Under the pieces are notes generated by a model that did no database searches, was not told where the DNA came from, and saw only the letters and a list, made by a program, of their open reading frames with translations. Below are positions 55,445-64,000 of a stretch of 64,000 nt of DNA, in pieces. Source of the stretch: Auanema rhodensis (Eukaryota > Animalia > Nematoda); contig OZ059895.1 of NCBI GenBank assembly GCA_964057225.1, forward strand, positions 20,336,001 through 20,400,000. The letters run 5' to 3'. Positions within the stretch are counted from its first letter, which is position 1. The number at the start of each line of letters is the position of its first letter. A program made the position numbers and the translations under genes.

Positions 55445-58400
55445 AAAAATTTTTGTCAAAATTTTTTTGGAAGCAATGTTGAGTGTACATGGAAACTCAA
55501 CATACACTAATGCATCATTTTTCGAACGATCATAACTAATTTTTGTATTAAGCGTTTCTCAATGTAGTATAGTGCATTCGATGCGGATTTTTAAGCTGCG
55601 TCGATCTGTGTTATCAGATTTGCGCTAGCTTAAAAATGCACCGAGATATCAACTGATATAAGGTCACACTTATATCCTCGATTTTCACCCTGAAGAATTA
55701 ATTTTTTCGTTGAATAACATCGTCCATCGTCTTCGCCTTGAAAAAAGGAATCTAAAAACATCTACTTTTTGCTAAATTATTTTGAAATTTTTCGAAAAAA
55801 TTTTTGTCAAAATGTTTTTGGAAGCAATGTTGAGTGTACATGGAAACTCAACATACACTAATGCATCATTTTTCAAACGATCATAACTAATTTTTGTATT
55901 AAGTGTTTCTCAATGTAGTATAGTGCATTCGATGCGGATTTTTAAGCTGCGTCGATCTGTGTTATCAGATTTGCGCTAGCTTAAAAATGCACCGAGATAT
56001 CAACTGATATAAGTTCACACTTATATCCTCGATTTTCACCCTGAAGAATTAATTTTTTCGTTGAATAACAATGTCAATCGTCTTCGCCTTGAAAAAAGGA
56101 ATCTAAAAACATCTACTTTTTGCTAAATTATTTTGAAATTTTTCGAAAAAATTTTTGTCAAAATGTTTTTGGAAGCAATGTTGAGTGTACATGAAAACTC
56201 AACATACACTAATGCATCATTTTTCAAACGATCATAACTAATTTTTGTATTAAGCGTTTCTCAATGTAGTATAGTGCATTCGATGCGGATTTTTAAGCTG
56301 CGTCGATCTGTGTTATCAGATTTGCGCTAGCTTAAAAATGCACCGAGATATCAACTGATATAAGTTCACACTTATATCCTCGATTTTCACCCTGAAGAAT
56401 TAATTTTTTCGTTGAATAACAATGTCCATCGTCTTCGCCTTGAAAAAAGGAATCTAAAAACATCTACTTTTTGCTAAATTATTTTGAAATTTTTCGAAAA
56501 AATTTTTGTCAAAATGTTTTTGGAAGCAATGTTGAGTGTACATGGAAACTCAACATACACTAATGCATCATTTTTCAAACGATCATAACTAATTTTTGTA
56601 TTAAGCGTTTCTCAATGTAGTATAGTGCATTCGATGCGGATTTTTAAGCTGCGTCGATCTGTGTTATCAGATTTGCGCTAGCTTAAAAATGCACCGAGAT
56701 ATCAACTGATATATGTTTACACTTATATCCTCGATTTTCACCCTGAAGAATTAATTTTTTCGTTGAATAACAATGTCCATCGTCTTCGCCTTGAAAAAAG
56801 GAATCTAAAAACATCTACTTTTTGCTAAATTATTTTGAAATTTTTCGAAAAAATTTTTGTCAAAATTTTTTTGGAAGCAATGTTGAGTGTACATGGAAAC
56901 TCAACATACACTAATGCATCATTTTTCGAACGATCATAACTAATTTTTGTATTAAGCGTTTCTCAATGTAGTATAGTGCATTCGATGCGGATTTTTAAGC
57001 TGCGTCGATCTGTGTTATCAGATTTGCGCTAGCTTAAAAATGCACCGAGATATCAACTGATATAAGGTCACACTTATATCCTCGATTTTCACCCTGAAGA
57101 ATTAATTTTTTCGTTGAATAACATCGTCCATCGTCTTCGCCTTGAAAAAAGGAATCTAAAAACATCTACTTTTTGCTAAATTATTTTGAAATTTTTCGAA
57201 AAAATTTTTGTCAAAATGTTTTTGGAAGCAATGTTGAGTGTACATGGAAACTCAACATACACTAATGCATCATTTTTCAAACGATCATAACTAATTTTTG
57301 TATTAAGTGTTTCTCAATGTAGTATAGTGCATTCGATGCGGATTTTTAAGCTGCGTCGATCTGTGTTATCAGATTTGCGCTAGCTTAAAAATGCACCGAG
57401 ATATCAACTGATATAAGTTCACACTTATATCCTCGATTTTCACCCTGAAGAATTAATTTTTTCGTTGAATAACAATGTCAATCGTCTTCGCCTTGAAAAA
57501 AGGAATCTAAAAACATCTACTTTTTGCTAAATTATTTTGAAATTTTTCGAAAAAATTTTTGTCAAAATGTTTTTGGAAGCAATGTTGAGTGTACATGAAA
57601 ACTCAACATACACTAATGCATCATTTTTCAAACGATCATAACTAATTTTTGTATTAAGCGTTTCTCAATGTAGTATAGTGCATTCGATGCGGATTTTTAA
57701 GCTGCGTCGATCTGTGTTATCAGATTTGCGCTAGCTTAAAAATGCACCGAGATATCAACTGATATAAGTTCACACTTATATCCTCGATTTTCACCCTGAA
57801 GAATTAATTTTTTCGTTGAATAACAATGTCCATCGTCTTCGCCTTGAAAAAAGGAATCTAAAAACATCTACTTTTTGCTAAATTATTTTGAAATTTTTCG
57901 AAAAAATTTTTGTCAAAATGTTTTTGGAAGCAATGTTGAGTGTACATGGAAACTCAACATACACTAATGCATCATTTTTCAAACGATCATAACTAATTTT
58001 TGTATTAAGCGTTTCTCAATGTAGTATAGTGCATTCGATGCGGATTTTTAAGCTGCGTCGATCTGTGTTATCAGATTTGCGCTAGCTTAAAAATGCACCG
58101 AGATATCAACTGATATATGTTTACACTTATATCCTCGATTTTCACCCTGAAGAATTAATTTTTTCGTTGAATAACAATGTCCATCGTCTTCGCCTTGAAA
58201 AAAGGAATCTAAAAACATCTACTTTTTGCTAAATTATTTTGAAATTTTTCGAAAAAATTTTTGTCAAAATTTTTTTGGAAGCAATGTTGAGTGTACATGG
58301 AAACTCAACATACACTAATGCATCATTTTTCGAACGATCATAACTAATTTTTGTATTAAGCGTTTCTCAATGTAGTATAGTGCATTCGATGCGGATTTTT

Positions 58401-59305
58401 AAGCTGCGTCGATCTGTGTTATCAGATTTGCGCTAGCTTAAAAATGCACCGAGATATCAACTGATATAAGTTCACACTTATATCCTCGATTTTCACCCTG
58501 AAGAATTAATTTTTTCGTTGAATAACATCGTCCATCGTCTTCGCCTTGAAAAAAGGAATCTAAAAACATCTACTTTTTGCTAAATTATTTTGAAATTTTT
58601 CGAAAAAATTTTTGTCAAAATGTTTTTGGAAGCAATGTTGAGTGTACATGGAAACTCAACATACACTAATGCATCATTTTTCAAACGATCATAACTAATT
58701 TTTGTATTAAGTGTTTCTCAATGTAGTATAGTGCATTCGATGCGGATTTTTAAGCTGCGTCGATCTGTGTTATCAGATTTGCGCTAGCTTAAAAATGCAC
58801 CGAGATATCAACTGATATAAGTTCTTACTTATATCCTCGATTTTCACCCTGAAGAATTAATTTTTTCGTTGAATAACAATGTCCATCGTCTTCGCCTTGA
58901 AAAAAGGAATCTAAAAACATCTACTTTTTGCTAAATTATTTTGAAATTTTTCGAAAAAATTTTTGTCAAAATGTTTTTGGAAGCAATGTTGAGTGTACAT
59001 GAAAACTCAACATACACTAATGCATCATTTTTCAAACGATCATAACTAATTTTTGTATTAAGCGTTTCTCAATGTAGTATAGTGCATTCGATGCGGATTT
59101 TTAAGCTGCGTCGATCTGTGTTATCAGATTTGCGCTAGCTTAAAAATGCACCGAGATATCAACTGATATAAGTTTACACTTATATCCTCGATTTTCACCC
59201 TGAAGAATTAATTTTTTCGTTGAATAACAATGTCCATCGTCTTCGCCTTGAAAAAAGGAATCTAAAAACATCTACTTTTTGCTAAATTATTTTGAAATTT
59301 TTCGA
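55445..59305. repeat. 4-monomer (1404-bp) higher-order repeat, nearly 3 units
   Basis: aggtcacac (~55661/~57065), atgtcaatcg (~56071/~57475), catcgtcc (~55720/57124/58528), and aagtg and catgaaaa all recur at 1404-bp spacing. Confidence 0.9.
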
Positions 59306-62300
59306 AAAAATTTTTGTCAAAATGTTTTTGGAAGCAATGTTGAGTGTACATGGAAACTCAACATACACTAATGCATCATTTTTCAAACGATCATAACTAA
59401 TTTTTGTATTAAGCGTTTCTCAATGTAGTATAGTGCATTCGATGCGGATTTTTAAGCTGCGTCGATCTGTGTTATCAGATTTGCGCTAGCTTAAAAATGC
59501 ACCGAGATATCAACTGATATAAGTTCACACTTATATCCTCGATTTTCACCCTGAAGAATTAATTTTTTCGTTGAATAACAATGTCCATCGTCTTCGCCTT
59601 GAAAAAAGGAATCTAAAAACATCTACTTTTCGCTAAATTATTTTGAAATTTTTCGAAAAAATTTTTGTCAAAATGTTTTTGGAAGCAATGTTGAGTGTAC
59701 ATGGAAACTCAACATACACTAATGCATCATTTTTCAAACGATCATAACTAATTTTTGTATTAAGCGTTTCTCAATGTAGTATAGTGCATTCGATGCGGAT
59801 TTTTAAGCTGCGTCGATCTGTGTTATCAGATTTGCGCTAGCTTAAAAATGCACCGAGATATCAACTGATATAAGTTCACACTTATATCCTCGATTTTCAC
59901 CCTGAAGAATTAATTTTTTCGTTGAATAACAATGTCCATCGTCTTTGCCTTGAAAAAAGGAATCTCAAAACATCTACTTTTTGCTAAATTATTCTGAAAT
60001 TTTTCGAAAAAATTTTTGTCAAAATGTTTTTGGAAGCAATGTTGAGTGTACATGGTAACTCAACATACACTAATGCATCATTTTTCAAACGATCATAACT
60101 AATTTTTGTATTAAGCGTTTCTCAATGTAGTATAGTGCATTCGATGCGGATTTTTAAGCTGCGTCGATCTGTGTTATCAGATTTGCGCTAGCTTAAAAAT
60201 GCACCGAGATATCAACTGATATAAGTTCACACTTATATCCTCGATTTTCACCCTGAAGAATTAATTTTTTCGTTGAATAACATTGTCCATCGTCTTTGCC
60301 TTGAAAAAAAAAATCTGAAAACATCTACTTTTTGCTAAATTATTTTGAAATTTTTCGAAAAAATTTTTGTCAAAATGTTTTTGGAAGCAATGTTGAGTGT
60401 ACATGGAAACTCAACATACACTAATGCATCATTTTTCAAACGATCATAACTAATTTTTGTATTGAGCGTTTCTCAATGTAGTATAGTGCATTCGATGCGG
60501 ATTTTTAAGCTGCGTCGATCTGTGTTATCAGATTTGCGCTAGCTTAAAAATGCACCGAGATATCAACTGATATAAGTTCACACTTATATCCTCGATTTTC
60601 ACCCTGAAGAATTAATTTTTTCGTTGAATAACAATGTCCATCGTCTTCGCCTTGAAAAAAGGAATCTAAAAACATCTACTTTTCGCTAAATTATTTTGAA
60701 ATTTTTCGAAAAAATTTTTGTCAAAATGTTTTTGGAAGCAATGTTGAGTGTACATGGAAACTCAACATACACTAATGCATCATTTTTCAAACGATCATAA
60801 CTAATTTTTGTATTAAGCGTTTCTCAATGTAGTATAGTGAATTCGATGCGGATTTTTAAGCTGCGTCGATCTGTGTTATCAGATTTGCGCTAGCTTAAAA
60901 ATGCACCGAGATATCAACTGATATAAGTTCACACTTATATCCTCGATTTTCACCCTGAAGAATTAATTTTTTCGTTGAATAACATTGTCCATCGTCTTTG
61001 CCTTGAAAAAAAAAATCTGAAAACATCTACTTTTTGCTAAATTATTTTGAAATTTTTCGAAAAAATTTTTGTCAAAATGTTTTTGGAAGCAATGTTGAGT
61101 GTACATGGAAACTCAACATACACTAATGCATCATTTTTCAAACGATCATAACTAATTTTTGTATTAAGCGTTTCTCAATGTAGTATAGTGCATTCGATGC
61201 GGATTTTTAAGCTGCGTCGATCTGTGTTATCAGATTTGCGCTAGCTTAAAAATGCACCGAGATATCAACTGATATAAGTTCACACTTATATCCTCGATTT
61301 TCACCCTGAAGAATTAATTTTTTCGTTGAATAACAATGTCCATCGTCTTCGCCTTGAAAAAAGGAATCTAAAAACATCTACTTTTTGCTAAATTATTTTG
61401 AAATTTTTCGAAAAAATTTTTGTCAAAATTTTTTTGGAAGCAATGTTGAGTGTACATGGAAACTCAACATACACTAATGCATCATTTTTCGAACGATCAT
61501 AACTAATTTTTGTATTAAGCGTTTCTCAATGTAGTATAGTGCATTCGATGCGGATTTTTAAGCTGCGTCGATCTGTGTTATCAGATTTGCGCTAGCTTAA
61601 AAATGCACCGAGATATCAACTGATATATGTTTACACTTATATCCTCGATTTTCACCCTGAAGAATTAATTTTTTCGTTGAATAACAATGTCCATCGTCTT
61701 CGCCTTGAAAAAAGGAATCTAAAAACATCTACTTTTTGCTAAATTATTTTGAAATTTTTCGAAAAAATTTTTGTCAAAATTTTTTTGGAAGCAATGTTGA
61801 GTGTACATGGAAACTCAACATACACTAATGCATCATTTTTCGAACGATCATAACTAATTTTTGTATTAAGCGTTTCTCAATGTAGTATAGTGCATTCGAT
61901 GCGGATTTTTAAGCTGCGTCGATCTGTGTTATCAGATTTGCGCTAGCTTAAAAATGCACCGAGATATCAACTGATATAAGTTCACACTTATATCCTCGAT
62001 TTTCACCCTGAAGAATTAATTTTTTCGTTGAATAACATCGTCCATCGTCTTCGCCTTGAAAAAAGGAATCTAAAAACATCTACTTTTTGCTAAATTATTT
62101 TGAAATTTTTCGAAAAAATTTTTGTCAAAATGTTTTTGGAAGCAATGTTGAGTGTACATGGAAACTCAACATACACTAATGCATCATTTTTCAAACGATC
62201 ATAACTAATTTTTGTATTAAGTGTTTCTCAATGTAGTATAGTGCATTCGATGCGGATTTTTAAGCTGCGTCGATCTGTGTTATCAGATTTGCGCTAGCTT

Positions 62301-64000
62301 AAAAATGCACCGAGATATCAACTGATATAAGTTCTTACTTATATCCTCGATTTTCACCCTGAAGAATTAATTTTTTCGTTGAATAACAATGTCCATCGTC
62401 TTCGCCTTGAAAAAAGGAATCTAAAAACATCTACTTTTTGCTAAATTATTTTGAAATTTTTCGAAAAAATTTTTGTCAAAATGTTTTTGGAAGCAATGTT
62501 GAGTGTACATGAAAACTCAACATACACTAATGCATCATTTTTCAAACGATCATAACTAATTTTTGTATTAAGCGTTTCTCAATGTAGTATAGTGCATTCG
62601 ATGCGGATTTTTAAGCTGCGTCGATCTGTGTTATCAGATTTGCGCTAGCTTAAAAATGCACCGAGATATCAACTGATATAAGTTTACACTTATATCCTCG
62701 ATTTTCACCCTGAAGAATTAATTTTTTCGTTGAATAACAATGTCCATCGTCTTCGCCTTGAAAAAAGGAATCTAAAAACATCTACTTTTTGCTAAATTAT
62801 TTTGAAATTTTTCGAAAAAATTTTTGTCAAAATGTTTTTGGAAGCAATGTTGAGTGTACATGGAAACTCAACATACACTAATGCATCATTTTTCAAACGA
62901 TCATAACTAATTTTTGTATTAAGCGTTTCTCAATGTAGTATAGTGCATTCGATGCGGATTTTTAAGCTGCGTCGATCTGTGTTATCAGATTTGCGCTAGC
63001 TTAAAAATGCACCGAGATATCAACTGATATAAGTTCACACTTATATCCTCGATTTTCACCCTGAAGAATTAATTTTTTCGTTGAATAACAATGTCCATCG
63101 TCTTCGCCTTGAAAAAAGGAATCTAAAAACATCTACTTTTCGCTAAATTATTTTGAAATTTTTCGAAAAAATTTTTGTCAAAATGTTTTTGGAAGCAATG
63201 TTGAGTGTACATGGAAACTCAACATACACTAATGCATCATTTTTCAAACGATCATAACTAATTTTTGTATTAAGCGTTTCTCAATGTAGTATAGTGCATT
63301 CGATGCGGATTTTTAAGCTGCGTCGATCTGTGTTATCAGATTTGCGCTAGCTTAAAAATGCACCGAGATATCAACTGATATAAGTTCACACTTATATCCT
63401 CGATTTTCACCCTGAAGAATTAATTTTTTCGTTGAATAACAATGTCCATCGTCTTTGCCTTGAAAAAAGGAATCTCAAAACATCTACTTTTTGCTAAATT
63501 ATTCTGAAATTTTTCGAAAAAATTTTTGTCAAAATGTTTTTGGAAGCAATGTTGAGTGTACATGGTAACTCAACATACACTAATGCATCATTTTTCAAAC
63601 GATCATAACTAATTTTTGTATTAAGCGTTTCTCAATGTAGTATAGTGCATTCGATGCGGATTTTTAAGCTGCGTCGATCTGTGTTATCAGATTTGCGCTA
63701 GCTTAAAAATGCACCGAGATATCAACTGATATAAGTTCACACTTATATCCTCGATTTTCACCCTGAAGAATTAATTTTTTCGTTGAATAACATTGTCCAT
63801 CGTCTTTGCCTTGAAAAAAAAAATCTGAAAACATCTACTTTTTGCTAAATTATTTTGAAATTTTTCGAAAAAATTTTTGTCAAAATGTTTTTGGAAGCAA
63901 TGTTGAGTGTACATGGAAACTCAACATACACTAATGCATCATTTTTCAAACGATCATAACTAATTTTTGTATTGAGCGTTTCTCAATGTAGTATAGTGCA
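58000..64000. repeat. 10-monomer (3510-bp) tandem duplication; second copy runs off the window
   Basis: gttcttactt (58821/62331), aatctcaaaa (59961/63471), catggtaact (60051/63561) and tatatgtttac (~58114/~61624). Confidence 0.92.

Larger units (their letters stand above)
1..64000. repeat. Tandem satellite DNA array, 351-bp monomer, 182 full copies plus a partial copy, head-to-tail
   Basis: The motif aaaaatttttgtcaaaatg recurs at 1, 352, 702, 1053 and so on to 63869. 182x351+1=63883, minus a net 14 bp from the 14 indel-bearing monomers I counted, gives 63869 exactly. Identical ORFs recur at multiples of 351 (2106, 702, 3861, 5967). Monomers differ by only a few substitutions, and no unique sequence or inversion was seen. 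Confidence 0.99.
45616..64000. repeat. Satellite sub-domain dominated by the aacaatgtcc...cttcgcc haplotype
   Basis: cttcgcc (T290C) is present in most monomers from ~45905. Markers seen only here: tttcgaacg, catcgtcc, aagtgttt, catgaaaa, gtttacac, caaaatttttt, tttcgcta, gtgaattc. Confidence 0.88.

Noticed and set aside
8772-61628. Duplication breakpoints concentrated in the hairpin segment of the monomer
   Set aside because: The 7-mer and 10-mer junctions map only to broad intervals (positions 68-228 and 81-216), and the 20-22 kb trimer junction maps between position 252 and position 117 of the next monomer. The events are too few and too imprecise.
1-64000. CRISPR array or integron attC cassette array suggested by regularly spaced palindromes
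   Set aside because: The sequence between palindromes is identical from unit to unit, so there are no unique spacers or cassettes, and no cas or integrase genes are present.

Overview
The whole 64-kb window is one uninterrupted head-to-tail satellite DNA array with a 351-bp AT-rich monomer (about 31% GC by my count of the consensus). It holds 182 complete monomers plus a 132-bp partial copy (last copy starts at 63869), all in the same orientation, and neither array end is in view. I found no genes, RNA genes, transposon insertions or CRISPR array. The eight predicted ORFs are chance read-throughs of variant monomers. The informative content is at two scales. First, each monomer is rich in dyad symmetry: two perfect 9-bp stem-loops, a 67-nt imperfect hairpin, a degenerate ~118-bp palindrome and a palindromic junction. 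Second, diagnostic variants reveal sub-domains, local 2-, 3-, 4-, 5-, 6-, 7- and 10-mer higher-order duplications, longer-range block copies (11, 17, 20 and 22 monomers apart) and a nested layout. It looks like eukaryotic (peri)centromeric or heterochromatic satellite DNA, but I cannot assign the species, family or function from sequence alone, and I see no direct evidence of a new biological system. 'Monomer position' below is numbered as in the first copy (window 1-351).
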